Shown: positions 55,201-64,000 of the stretch, in pieces
Position numbering within the stretch: position 1 is the first letter of the stretch
How the letters are laid out: every line of letters starts with the position of its first letter
Source of the DNA: an uncultured archaeon
GTDB taxonomy: Archaea > Thermoplasmatota > Penumbrarchaeia > JASLWR01
Length of the DNA: 64,000 nucleotides
Reading direction: 5' to 3'
Assembly (NCBI GenBank): GCA_964430885.1
Contig: CAYSHM010000004.1
Span: 23,770-87,769 of the forward strand
The notes under the pieces: generated by a model
The model's input: the letters and a program-made list of their open reading frames with translations, nothing else
The model's database searches: none
Told to the model about the DNA's origin: nothing
Translations under genes and position numbers: made by a program

Positions 55201-58200
55201 GGCGATGGCATTTCCGATGGTCAGGAAGTTTTCTTCCTGAAGTCAGATCCTTTATCAAATGATACGGATAATGACGGTCTTTTGGATAGATTTGAAGCTT
55301 TCAATACTGGTTTATCCCCCATTAAGAACGATACAGATAGTGATGGATTGGATGATTGGCAGGAGAGAGAGGTATATCACACGAGCCCTGTTTTCCCTGA
55401 CACCGATACCGACGGCATAAACGATTATGCCGAAACCCAGGATGCAAGAATATCTCCTCTTGATTTGGATACAGACCGCGATGGTTTGGCAGATGGTGTA
55501 GAGGTACTGCATTTATGTGATCCGGGCAACCCCGATACTGATGGTGGTGGAGCATTGGATGGTGTAGAGATATTTGCAGGAGGTCATGATCCGCTGGTTC
55601 CTGCTGATGATGTGGATCTTATAGATACTGATAGGGACGGTCTCAATGATTACCAGGAAATGAATGTATATGGAACTGACCCCAATGATCCTGACAGCGA
55701 TAATGACACTATATGGGATGGTATGGAGATCGAAGATATTGGATCAGATGCCCTTGACAATGACACGGACAATGATACAATACTGGACGGTATGGAGGTT
55801 TTTACATACGGTACGAATCCTCTTTCAAATGATACTGACATGGATAATCTGACTGATGATGCCGAGATCAATACCTATCAGACCAGCGCCACCAGTAACG
55901 ATACTGACATGGATAATCTAAATGATTGGATGGAGATCTTCATTTATCAGACCAGTCCTCTGACGAGCGATACTGACAGTGATGGTCTTACGGATAGCGA
56001 AGAACTGTTCATACAGAACACCAATCCTTTGGATGAAGATACGGATATGGACGGTGTTCTTGACGGATGGGAGGTTTTTTATGGTTTTGATCCTCTGAAC
56101 GGAACCGATGTTTTCACTGATGAGGATGCCGACGGTCTTACTACCATAGAGGAATTTTTAAATGGAACGGATCCCACCTTGAACGATACTGATGCCGATG
56201 GTATCAGTGATGGTCAGGAAGTGTTAAATTATGGGACCGACCCCTTGGACACTGATACAGATTCCGATACGATTGATGACTGGGATGAGATTTTCACTTA
56301 TGGGACGGATCCCCTTCTCGTGGATAGCGACGGTGACAATATGACCGATGGATGGGAGGTAGTGAACAATCTGAATCCAAATAGCCCCATCGATAGAGGT
56401 GAGGATCCTGACGCTGATGGTATGACTAATATTGGCGAATTCTACAATGACACTGATCCCTGGTCAAATGATACTGATGCCGATGGCCTTTTGGATGGTA
56501 ATGAGCTGAGTCTAGGATGCAATCCCCTTCATAATGATACTGATGCCGATGGCCTTTTGGACGGCGAGGAGGTTTTTGTATACTCCACCGATCCATTGAG
56601 CGGCGATAGCGATCTAGATGGATTGGATGATTGGGATGAAATATTTGATCATCTAACGAATCCCATTAGCAATGATACGGATGGTGACGGCCTTCTGGAC
56701 GGCGAGGAGGTGGATGATTATTCCACTTCACCTCTCTTGAACGATACAGATACAGATAATCTGACGGATTACCAAGAGATAAAAATTTACTTCACTGATC
56801 CCTTGGAATCCGATTCAGACAGTGACGGCCTGACCGATTACGATGAGATTATCTTCCATAATACGTTGCCCTTGGAGCCTGATACAGATCAGGGCGGTTT
56901 GGATGACGGAACTGAAGTGCTTCTGGGCCGTGACCCCTTAAATCCAGACGACGACGAGGACCCTGTTTCAGAGATACCTTCTCTTCCAACTTTCCTTAAG
57001 ATCGATTATTATCCTGAGAACCTTACAAAGCTGGAGACAGGAGAATTCATAGTGAGAGGAACTGTGGTCGATATGAACGGGACACCACTTCTCGGTATTC
57101 ACGTGGATGTACTCATGAACCGAACCCTGAATGAGACCGGCATCAGCATTGGATCGGCCACGTCTGATTCCCAGGGTCATTTCGAAGCTGAATGTGAATT
57201 GGAGCCTGGGTTGGCGGTAGGCATTAATTTCCTCAGGACCCATTCCGTTACCCGCCGGATCGGGAATTATCTCTATAAAGGTGCCTGGGATGGTGGTGAT
57301 TCAACGATTTCTATTTCTTCCCCAACGATATTGAGATTTATCAGCCCCTCTCCTGGAGCTCAGGTGCCTCATGGCAGAAAGTTCAACGGTACGGTGGTTC
57401 TGAAGGATGGAGATGGAATATCCCTTTCCGATCAGCCCCTCTCAATCTTTTGGGAAGGAGGCCAAAGACAGGATATCCGTACGGATTCCGAAGGTCTTGC
57501 AAGATTTACCTTTACGGCACCTGAAACGTTGGGTAAATATAATCTGTATGGTGAATACTTTGGATCCCGATTCCTTTTCACCTCGAATGCCACTATTGAG
57601 ATCATAGTATCCGCTTTTGGTGTGGATATATTCCTTGATAACATCACTGATACCAATCCATCCGACGTTTTCATGTGTGACGGATCCATAAATATATCCG
57701 GTAGGGTATTGGCTGTGAATGGAACTCCGGTCCCCAACGGAAGGGTACAAGTAACACTCAAGGGCCGGGAGATAAATAATGTTCAGATATTTGACCGGTT
57801 CGAGCTTATCACAGATGCTGCAGGCAGCTATTCCAAGAACTATGAACTTATAGCTGATGTTTGGAGAGCTGGTAGATATGAGCTGTATGCTTCTTTCATG
57901 GGCAGTATATATTATCCGGCAAGCTCTGCTCCAACCGATGAACAGTTCATATATATTACTGGCAAGACCTATTTTACCTACACGTCTTTGGAGGTTGACC
58001 GGGGCAGTTCAGTTACTTTCACCAGCGTTCTTACCGATAACACAGGTCAGGGACTGTCCGGCGAGGAAGTCAATATCACCTATTTAGGGAGCACTCTGCC
58101 TCCCAAAATAACTGATTATAACGGGCAGGTATCATTTGAATTCGAGGTTCGCGCTGATTTTCCTCTAGGCCCTGTGAATGTTTTCCTTTATTATCCCGGC

Positions 58201-59340
58201 AGATATCATGACGGGAAGGAAAAATTCCTGTCCTCATCCGGGACTGGGAGAATAGTAGTATCCACCGATACCCAGGTGGAGCTTTACGGGGAACCGGGCA
58301 ATGTTACGAGAGGTGAAGGGGTCACCATATCCGGAAGAATACTAAATGATAAGGGTGAGCAGATATATCCTTCCCCGGACCTTGATGAGGAAGACTATTT
58401 GCTTCTAGTTCATTTTTTCATAAATGAGAAAGAGATACAGAACACTACGGTTGATATCGACGGGACTTTCATTGATAATCTAATGGTCCCTCTAAGCGCT
58501 GACAGAGGTAAGGCGATCCTTAAAGTGGTCTTTAACGGATACGGTAATGGCTACCGGCAGAGCCAGACTGAAATGCCGTTCTATATATATGCAAATACCC
58601 ATCTCAACATCATTGTTGATGAGGACCAGGAAATACTGCCTGGTTCTCTGGTCAATGTCAAGGTTAGGCTATTGGGTGATAGAGGTCAGGGATTAGGGGA
58701 AAAACCCGTGGAAGTGAAGCACGGGGATATTACCCGTAATATGTTCACTGATTATTTCGGCCGGTTGAACTTCACTCTGGAGTTCCCCACGGATCAGAAA
58801 GAAATGAGTATTAGGGCCATTTATCCCGGCTCCCGAATATCCTTCTACGAATCTGCGGATGATAGACTTACTGTGGAATTATCGGAAGAGGGTAAGAAAA
58901 CACTATCCTCCTCCTCTGAATCTGATATGGGAGGATATCTACCTATTCTTGTAAGTATCTGTCTTATAGCAATAATACTTTTCGCATGGTATAAATGGCG
59001 AAAACGGCACGTTAAAGAGATGAAGACCCTATTCGAGGAAGCCTTGGAACTCTTGGAGACCAGTGATGAGATCAGAAACGTGATCTACCTTACATACATA
59101 GAGATGATGGAGATATTGAGGAAATACGGTTTCATGCGTAAGAAACACCAGACGCCCATGGAGTTCTATATGATAGTATCAAGGATGGTCCCTTCAATAA
59201 GCTCCCGCAATATCTATAGGCTCACTGACCTTTTCCAGGAAGCAAGATACTCCGAACATGAATTCGAAGAAAAGGAAAAATTCAGGGCTAAGAAATATTT
59301 CAGGATGTTCAGCCGGGGACTTGACAGTCAAGGTGAATAG
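52282..59340 (+). CDS. Giant (2352 aa) surface transglutaminase-like protein: signal peptide, 7 TSP3 repeats, transglutaminase core, about 42 TSP3 repeats, Ig-like/CarboxypepD_reg-like domains, TM, cytoplasmic DUF4129
   Basis: Signal peptide FIVLICIVLILTAIPYIA. Transglutaminase core: GKCIDFATAFVVLARMGDLPARLVTGY, HAWAEVYF, GWVQFEVTP. The TM helix is LPILVSICLIAIILFAWY. The DUF4129-like C-terminus reads HQTPMEFYMIVS...LTDLFQEARYSEHEF. Confidence 0.85.
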   Translation: MRGKLFIVLICIVLILTAIPYIAIFPQKESGHEKYSDTSPDTIIPGVDSDGDGLQDGEEDYNDDGILDPLETDPFDADTDSDLLEDGIEYGYWENKMAQVAQDGIPVWVQDAYLNESPADMEKRFGPVADLDDDGAVNIRDPDSDNDGLMDGHELDIGTDPANPDTDGDGIPDGQDEQATDSRDVDGDGIPDDWEDHYDVDDPDADPDNDGKTNKEEFEEGTDPTHPGEGESELGTDMVLSDMGFHPGDPEKILFYVTPDDPLEPPSYWRLRTYDRYTLNGWTNNYDNSAPYSGEEIDTEVTFGVNVTYKKFQIVFWGSSKGFLPTALHTNILYDVIYNQSVQNTSAPLVRYDTGEFYSSILVKSYYFSHDSYYFSPANLHNATVPARVEMPLMYEIPNSTFNFVSDIASDIPGLDAPAPYQRALNIMQYLDENCEYNISTTMDPDQDWVIDFLGNKTTGKCIDFATAFVVLARMGDLPARLVTGYSPGVMVNGQRVVKAGHKHAWAEVYFNDLGWVQFEVTPYNNGREGGTGVDTNGSDPSVHTWDGSPADGHGTNNGKVENKTRDSDGDGLTDWEENNVFNTDPLNVDTDGDGLNDSAELFDFFTDPLDYDTDKDNLTDYEEIIIHNTSARSPDTDNDGLNDGAEVQIYFTNPRNPDTDDDDIDDLREIKYYHTDPRLKDTDDDGIDDNEEVLWGKDGQVSDPTSADSDGDGLSDGAEINENGTDPAQMDSDYDQLIDGDEVYQYHTDPTLPDTDGDGLMDGLEVLQFNTDPNERDTDGDGVEDGMEIWTGTDPLEATRASYQTDEDGDGLQEFMEGLFGTNSSMMDTDNDGLSDASELFAFFTNPSSNDTDMDGIEDNVELFQTFTSPRLSDSDSDGLSDLMEIDELGTNPRSVDSDHDGLSDGAEIDNGTSPKDWDSDGGGLSDGYELGNSLDPLEPGDDNSLMDSDGDGLSDADELNRATDPAFWDSDGDGISDGQEVFFLKSDPLSNDTDNDGLLDRFEAFNTGLSPIKNDTDSDGLDDWQEREVYHTSPVFPDTDTDGINDYAETQDARISPLDLDTDRDGLADGVEVLHLCDPGNPDTDGGGALDGVEIFAGGHDPLVPADDVDLIDTDRDGLNDYQEMNVYGTDPNDPDSDNDTIWDGMEIEDIGSDALDNDTDNDTILDGMEVFTYGTNPLSNDTDMDNLTDDAEINTYQTSATSNDTDMDNLNDWMEIFIYQTSPLTSDTDSDGLTDSEELFIQNTNPLDEDTDMDGVLDGWEVFYGFDPLNGTDVFTDEDADGLTTIEEFLNGTDPTLNDTDADGISDGQEVLNYGTDPLDTDTDSDTIDDWDEIFTYGTDPLLVDSDGDNMTDGWEVVNNLNPNSPIDRGEDPDADGMTNIGEFYNDTDPWSNDTDADGLLDGNELSLGCNPLHNDTDADGLLDGEEVFVYSTDPLSGDSDLDGLDDWDEIFDHLTNPISNDTDGDGLLDGEEVDDYSTSPLLNDTDTDNLTDYQEIKIYFTDPLESDSDSDGLTDYDEIIFHNTLPLEPDTDQGGLDDGTEVLLGRDPLNPDDDEDPVSEIPSLPTFLKIDYYPENLTKLETGEFIVRGTVVDMNGTPLLGIHVDVLMNRTLNETGISIGSATSDSQGHFEAECELEPGLAVGINFLRTHSVTRRIGNYLYKGAWDGGDSTISISSPTILRFISPSPGAQVPHGRKFNGTVVLKDGDGISLSDQPLSIFWEGGQRQDIRTDSEGLARFTFTAPETLGKYNLYGEYFGSRFLFTSNATIEIIVSAFGVDIFLDNITDTNPSDVFMCDGSINISGRVLAVNGTPVPNGRVQVTLKGREINNVQIFDRFELITDAAGSYSKNYELIADVWRAGRYELYASFMGSIYYPASSAPTDEQFIYITGKTYFTYTSLEVDRGSSVTFTSVLTDNTGQGLSGEEVNITYLGSTLPPKITDYNGQVSFEFEVRADFPLGPVNVFLYYPGRYHDGKEKFLSSSGTGRIVVSTDTQVELYGEPGNVTRGEGVTISGRILNDKGEQIYPSPDLDEEDYLLLVHFFINEKEIQNTTVDIDGTFIDNLMVPLSADRGKAILKVVFNGYGNGYRQSQTEMPFYIYANTHLNIIVDEDQEILPGSLVNVKVRLLGDRGQGLGEKPVEVKHGDITRNMFTDYFGRLNFTLEFPTDQKEMSIRAIYPGSRISFYESADDRLTVELSEEGKKTLSSSSESDMGGYLPILVSICLIAIILFAWYKWRKRHVKEMKTLFEEALELLETSDEIRNVIYLTYIEMMEILRKYGFMRKKHQTPMEFYMIVSRMVPSISSRNIYRLTDLFQEARYSEHEFEEKEKFRAKKYFRMFSRGLDSQGE
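53980..56965 (+). repeat. In-frame array of about 42 thrombospondin-type-3-like calcium-binding repeats (about 23 aa each); 7 further copies at 52419-52960
   Basis: Units follow D[TS]D-DG[LI]-D--E + h----T-P, for example DTDGDGLNDSAE, DSDGDGLSDGAE, DTDADGLLDGEE, DSDSDGLTDYDE. My manual count is 42 after and 7 before the transglutaminase core. Confidence 0.85.
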
Positions 59341-59384
59341 ATTGAACTCGGTTACGCTTATGCAGATTCCTCAAAAAGTCCCTT

Positions 59385-62264
59385 TCAAAGAGGGGGCGGA
59401 GGGATGTTCCTGGGCGGATCATTAATTTTTTGATCCGGCTCAGTTGGTAATTTGGCTTTGGCGGTTCGCACTTCAAAATTCAGCTCTTCCATATTCTTGC
59501 TCATTTCTCCGTTATTATCTTCATTGGACAACATACTATTTTCCGATTGGTCATACTGATAGGGCATGCCTTGGTTGTCCATGTTTGCTCCAGGATCTGG
59601 CAAGGTGTAATGATGCTGAGGCTTCAAGCTTCTTTTAATGCAGGTATCTCTTTCTGATTCCCCCACCCTCTCCATTTCCACATGCCCCTCAAGACTGCCG
59701 TTCGGTTTATCTTTTCTTTTTTTCATAAATACCAGCAATATGATTGCCGTTATGATGATTATTATAATTATGATAATCAGGCTGACCAATCCGCTGCTAA
59801 ATCCAGCCTTTTCCTTTTTTCCGTTTGGTTCCCCATCGCTCCTCGGTTTCTCATCACCCGCCACCGTATCATTATCGTCATCATCCTCCATTTGGACGAC
59901 GGGTGCGATTACCGTTATGTTCTTTGTTGAGATGCTATAAAGTCCGGCGGAATCGGAAACAGTAAGGGTGACAGTATAATTACCGCTTTGGGCGTATGTA
60001 TGGTTGACCAATAGCCCTTCTTCGTCATTTTTTATTCCGTCCCTTGAATCAAAATCCCATGAATAGGTGAGCATATCGCCGTGGATCAGATCGGGATCCT
60101 GTGCATCCTCATTGGAGAAAGATACAGTTAGGTTTTCTTTTACGGTAGTATTACCCTGTGCATCTATAATCTTCACAGTAATGTTCCCTGAAACCGGAGG
60201 GTCGTTGACATTGATCACATTAATTGTAGTATTGAACCAGTCAGCTCCATCATATTCGTCTTTTACGGAGAAGTTTACTCTATATGTGCCGATATCATCA
60301 TTATCAGGTTTAAAGGTGAAGTTACCGGTTTCTTCATTCAGCGACCATTTATCAGAACTTATTCCATTTTGGCTGAAATTTGTTGCAAAAGTTAGTTTCT
60401 CGTAGGGGTCATGGGGAAGGTCAGGGTCAGCCGTTTTAAGGCTGAAATTCAGCCACTGTTTCTCTAAAACCTCCATTTCTTCCATTTCACTAATTATTGG
60501 TTCATCATTTGTGTTTACTATCGATATATTGAGGAAGTATGAACTTTGAAGTGCGTTCTGGGCCGACCCGTTCATGTCATTGATCATCAGGGAGAAGTTA
60601 ATGTTTCCAATATGATGATCGTCAGGTTCGATCGTCAGGTTTACTGCAAGGGGGTTATTGTTGTCAGGAAGCAGTTCAAGTATTTCGGAATATGAAAAAT
60701 GGTCTTTCAGTGTTACAAGAGGGATATCCCCGTCTACATCACCTGCCAGGAATTTAAAGTAATTGATCTGTCCTTCCTTTGCTTCCAAATTGATGTCCGT
60801 TTGCTCTCCATCAATCTCAGTTCCGTTAATCGATAGGAAATGCGGAGGATCATTTGTGGGAATTACAGTGACCATAAATGGCTCTGTTCCGACCGATAAT
60901 CCCTCTACATCTTCGGCTGATAACACAAAGAGAAGTTCTCCGAAATAGTCTTTTTCAGTTCTGAAATCCACATGCATAGTGGATAGATTTACCCCTGCTG
61001 TGATTTTCGATGTATTACCAGTTATATGAAAGGTTAGATTATCAAACGGTTCATCATCTCTGAAGTGATCCCGCAGGTCAATCAGGCCGATGCCTTGGTT
61101 GGAGTCCTCATGAAAACTATACATGCTGTTATCGATATCAAGTATCAATTCAGGCGGTTGGTTGGGATAGATAACCTGATAATCAATGGATAGATTGTTT
61201 AATCTCAGTATTCCCGGTGAGTCAGCAAAGAGCGTTAGAGGAATATTTACAACCGCATCATCGGTATTGCTATTGACGCATTCCTGAAGTTTTTCTTTGA
61301 ATGAATGCTGGTCGTTGATGGTTACCTTTTCGCGGTATTCCCCTTGATACTCCCATTCGGTATCCCCTGCATTGTTCACGTTCAGGGAAGGGTCCCAGGG
61401 ATAGGAGGATATGTTGCCTCTGAACTCTACATTGACAAAATCGGTCATGATCTCGGTGGTGCTTCCGTTGCCTGGGAGCGGTGTAGTAGCTATGAGATGT
61501 AATTTTTCATTGATGTCAAAAAACCTTTCGGGATTTGGATAGTATTCCCTTTCGAGTATTTTAATTGCTACAAATCCGCCCATGCTGAAGGTCTCTACCA
61601 GGTCCCAATCTGAAGTATCGTTGTTGTATATGTAAATACTTCCGCAACATATACCTTGCCCATATGGGAAATTCCTAAATCCACTTCCTTTCCATTTGAC
61701 TATTATTGAATCAAATTCCCAATCCACCTTAGAAAATGAAAAATGGTGGTAAACGAACTTGTTCATCTCACTGACTGATGAGAAAAGATCGTTGTTGTCG
61801 TCATTTATCTTCATATAATCCATGTTCCCGAAAGGAGTATCAGTATATTGCGATGGTTCATCTACGGGTATGGAATCGGAATTCCCCCACCAGGCTGAAT
61901 TGTTGATAGTATCTGTAAAATTTCTGTTTTCGGAAATGCTCTCATTTAGAAATAATCCTTGGATGTCCATTGATGCGGATATTAATTCAGTATATTGCGG
62001 AAGATCAATGCTGGCCGAATGGTTATACCCACCTTCAAGGAACTCGGAATCGATTGCTTCATTTCCGTTGCTGAATGTGTTCATTGTATGGCGCGTTCCG
62101 AGGACATCAATATTGTTCCAGTCATCCTTATCAATATTGAAAATATCTTTTGATGATGAGGCGTGTTCAGTTAATATTCGGTTCAAACCCAATTGAGCGT
62201 TCATTGCGAGCAATGCAAATATCATCAATGTAATTATTAAAATCCTTTTTTTCATTATAAACAC
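59385..62264 (-). CDS. Surface adhesin-like protein: signal peptide, N-terminal beta-rich region, cadherin-like domains, PKD domain, TM, 112-aa cytoplasmic tail ending PPPPL
   Basis: Signal peptide ILIITLMIFALLAMNA. Cadherin linkers PTNDPPHF, VNTNDEPI and VNVNDPPV. The PKD segment is DLIHGDMLTYSWDFDSRDG...HTYAQSGNYTVTLTVSDSAGL. A poly-Ile TM helix is followed by a Y/P/Q/N-rich tail. Confidence 0.75.
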   Translation of the reverse strand: MFIMKKRILIITLMIFALLAMNAQLGLNRILTEHASSSKDIFNIDKDDWNNIDVLGTRHTMNTFSNGNEAIDSEFLEGGYNHSASIDLPQYTELISASMDIQGLFLNESISENRNFTDTINNSAWWGNSDSIPVDEPSQYTDTPFGNMDYMKINDDNNDLFSSVSEMNKFVYHHFSFSKVDWEFDSIIVKWKGSGFRNFPYGQGICCGSIYIYNNDTSDWDLVETFSMGGFVAIKILEREYYPNPERFFDINEKLHLIATTPLPGNGSTTEIMTDFVNVEFRGNISSYPWDPSLNVNNAGDTEWEYQGEYREKVTINDQHSFKEKLQECVNSNTDDAVVNIPLTLFADSPGILRLNNLSIDYQVIYPNQPPELILDIDNSMYSFHEDSNQGIGLIDLRDHFRDDEPFDNLTFHITGNTSKITAGVNLSTMHVDFRTEKDYFGELLFVLSAEDVEGLSVGTEPFMVTVIPTNDPPHFLSINGTEIDGEQTDINLEAKEGQINYFKFLAGDVDGDIPLVTLKDHFSYSEILELLPDNNNPLAVNLTIEPDDHHIGNINFSLMINDMNGSAQNALQSSYFLNISIVNTNDEPIISEMEEMEVLEKQWLNFSLKTADPDLPHDPYEKLTFATNFSQNGISSDKWSLNEETGNFTFKPDNDDIGTYRVNFSVKDEYDGADWFNTTINVINVNDPPVSGNITVKIIDAQGNTTVKENLTVSFSNEDAQDPDLIHGDMLTYSWDFDSRDGIKNDEEGLLVNHTYAQSGNYTVTLTVSDSAGLYSISTKNITVIAPVVQMEDDDDNDTVAGDEKPRSDGEPNGKKEKAGFSSGLVSLIIIIIIIIITAIILLVFMKKRKDKPNGSLEGHVEMERVGESERDTCIKRSLKPQHHYTLPDPGANMDNQGMPYQYDQSENSMLSNEDNNGEMSKNMEELNFEVRTAKAKLPTEPDQKINDPPRNIPPPPL

Positions 62265-62396
62265 CGGCCCAATAGAAACTCAATCTTCGTTATAAGTATG
62301 TTTTGGAACGATGGTCGAAATGATTCCCGCTTAAGATTTGTTATTTCGATCCTTTCTGACTTAATAAACATCCCCTCCCCACTCTTCTCCTCTCCT

Positions 62397-64000
62397 TTAT
62401 ATTGGCGGAGGCGGGGGATAGTAAGGTTTTTCTTGAAGATTCTCATACTTGTGATTCTGGTGAGTTATGTATTTTGGCGCGGACTGTAGGGGATGCGGTG
62501 GTGCCAAGCTCTGCTCAGAAACTGAAGGCGAAATATCTTTATTTATCATATTTTGGTCATAGTAAGGATAATAAGCCTCGTTCTGGCGAATGTTGCTTTC
62601 AGGGTTGTTTTGGGTGGAATATGGATCATATTCCTGCGGTTCATAATTCGGAAAGCGATCAAGTTCTTCTCCATCTTTATTTTCACCGCCTTCTGCCGGG
62701 ATTATTTCTTCTTCACTAGCTCTCTTCCTTACCTTTGCAATGAATCCAATGATCACAAGAACGGCAATAAGGATTATAATGGAAAAAATAATTAAAAGCC
62801 AAATTCCGGCACTCAGCCCTTTTTTTCCAAACCCGCTTCCCCCAGTTTCATCATCCGGGCTATTGTCAATACCTGTATCATCGTTATCATTGTCATCCGG
62901 CAAGATGGGAGCAATCACTACAATATTGCCGGATGAAAGGTTGCTCATCCCATTTGAATCGATAACAATCAACGTTACTCCATAAGTGCCGCCTTCAGCA
63001 TAGGTATGATTGACCTGCCGCCCCACCGCTTCTTTATCTATTCCATCCTTCGCATCGAAATCCCATGAATAGGTAAGAGTGTCGCCGTGTATCAGATCTG
63101 GATCTTGCCCTTCTTCAGTGGAAAACGATATTGTTAGGTTTTCCTTTTCCGTTGTATTGCTCAGGGCGTCTTCAATAGTTACAATTATTTCCCCGGCAGT
63201 GGGGGGATCGTTAACATTCAGCACTTCGATAGTGGTATTGAACCAGTCCTTACCATCATATTGATCCTCCACGGAGAAATTGACAGTATATAGGCCTACA
63301 TCATCATTGTCGGGTTTAAAGGAGAAATTACCCGTTTGTCCATCCAATGACCATTTATCGGATCCTATGTTCCATTGGCTGAAATTTGTATGATAGATAA
63401 GCCTTTCAGAAATATCGCAGTCCGTATCTATATCATCCGCATCTAATGTGAAATTAAGCCATTGGTCCTCCAAAACATCCATCCCTTCCATTTCAATGAT
63501 CACCGGAGCATCGTTAGTATTGGAAACTGAAATATTTATTGTATATAATCTCATCATCGAGTTCTGAGCAGAACCGTTCACATCATTGATGCTGATGTTG
63601 AAAATGACTGAACCAATATTCTGGTCTTCAGGTTCAACTGCCAGCGAACCTACCAAAGAGTTGTTGTTATCCGATAGGAGATAAAGAATGTCTGAATATT
63701 GATAATGATCGTTCAAAGTCAGCAAAGGTACATCACCGTCAACATCTTCCGTCAGGAAAGGGTATGAATTGATCTTGCCTTCCATTGCTTCAATCTTAAT
63801 TTCATTATCTTCAGGTCTGATTTCAATTCCGTTGAAAAAACTGAATGAAGGTGCATCGTTTGTTGGGGTGACACTCACCCAAAACGGATCCGTCTCGATA
63901 TATAATCCTTCATTATCCTCGGCCTTGATCCTGAATCTTTCCTTTCCGAAATAGTTTTTATTGCTGACGAAGTCAATGCTATTGGTGCTAGTGTTGATGA
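62397..64000 (-). CDS. Paralogous adhesin-like protein (cadherin-like + PKD + TM + 112-aa tail ending PPPPPI); N-terminus lies beyond the right edge
   Basis: The track starts it at GTG 63878. However, the frame stays open to 64000 and my translation (..IDFVSNKNYFGKERFRIKAEDNEGLYIETDPFWVSVTPTNDAPSF) aligns with the middle of the 959-aa neighbour (..VDFRTEKDYFGELLFVLSAEDVEGLSVGTEPFMVTVIPTNDPPHF). The PKD segment is DLIHGDTLTYSWDFDAKDG...HTYAEGGTYGVTLIVIDSNGM. Confidence 0.75.
   Translation of the reverse strand, partial: INTSTNSIDFVSNKNYFGKERFRIKAEDNEGLYIETDPFWVSVTPTNDAPSFSFFNGIEIRPEDNEIKIEAMEGKINSYPFLTEDVDGDVPLLTLNDHYQYSDILYLLSDNNNSLVGSLAVEPEDQNIGSVIFNISINDVNGSAQNSMMRLYTINISVSNTNDAPVIIEMEGMDVLEDQWLNFTLDADDIDTDCDISERLIYHTNFSQWNIGSDKWSLDGQTGNFSFKPDNDDVGLYTVNFSVEDQYDGKDWFNTTIEVLNVNDPPTAGEIIVTIEDALSNTTEKENLTISFSTEEGQDPDLIHGDTLTYSWDFDAKDGIDKEAVGRQVNHTYAEGGTYGVTLIVIDSNGMSNLSSGNIVVIAPILPDDNDNDDTGIDNSPDDETGGSGFGKKGLSAGIWLLIIFSIIILIAVLVIIGFIAKVRKRASEEEIIPAEGGENKDGEELDRFPNYEPQEYDPYSTQNNPESNIRQNEAYYPYYDQNMINKDISPSVSEQSLAPPHPLQSAPKYITHQNHKYENLQEKPYYPPPPPI

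Noticed and set aside
53980-56965. Highly periodic DNA (about 69-nt units) that might be mistaken for a CRISPR array or satellite; the same question applies to 23640-24290
   Set aside because: Both arrays are in-frame parts of long ORFs encoding recognisable protein repeats. There is no repeat-spacer alternation, no leader and no cas genes.

Overview
This looks like an archaeal chromosomal segment. That is an inference from gene content: archaeal P0/P1 stalk proteins, the order ftsZ-secE-spt5-rpl11-rpl1-rpl10-rpl12, a UPF0147 protein, one PGF-CTERM sorting signal, and GGAGG-type Shine-Dalgarno motifs before many starts. It fits a Euryarchaeota/Thermoplasmatota-like lineage best, but this cannot be proven here. 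The window is densely coding on both strands with AT-rich spacers, and two kinds of content are interleaved. (i) Ordinary core and metabolic genes: a 4-hydroxybutyryl-CoA dehydratase-family enzyme, flavodoxin, 6-phosphogluconolactonase, a PAS histidine kinase, a three-gene molybdenum hydroxylase operon, an MBL hydrolase, a PUA/PAPS-reductase-like/ferredoxin fusion, DUF763, UbiX, KsgA, an aminotransferase, the ftsZ-to-rpl12 cluster, NfeD-stomatin and enolase. (ii) Six very large genes (1341, 1986, 1057, 2352, 959 and >530 aa; about 24.7 kb, roughly 39% of the window) for single-pass membrane-anchored surface proteins. These are built from a gingipain-like domain, beta-helix, cadherin-like, PKD, CARDB, transglutaminase and thrombospondin-type-3 modules. 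The most unusual items are these. A 1986-aa protein is made of about 50-60 in-phase 18-residue helical repeats that I cannot assign to a known family. Directly upstream of it sits a start/stop-overlapping (TTGA) multi-zinc-ribbon gene plus a wHTH-STAND-TPR gene. A 2352-aa transglutaminase/DUF4129 protein carries about 49 TSP3 calcium-binding repeats. A 951-aa protein has a zinc ribbon at each end and an approximately 65-70-residue helical repeat between them. The giant proteins also share short C-terminal cytoplasmic motifs (acidic-Trp, or terminal polyproline). I recognised no rRNA, tRNA, CRISPR array, transposase/integrase or prophage genes. All family calls are by-eye motif recognition; no database search or structure prediction was run.
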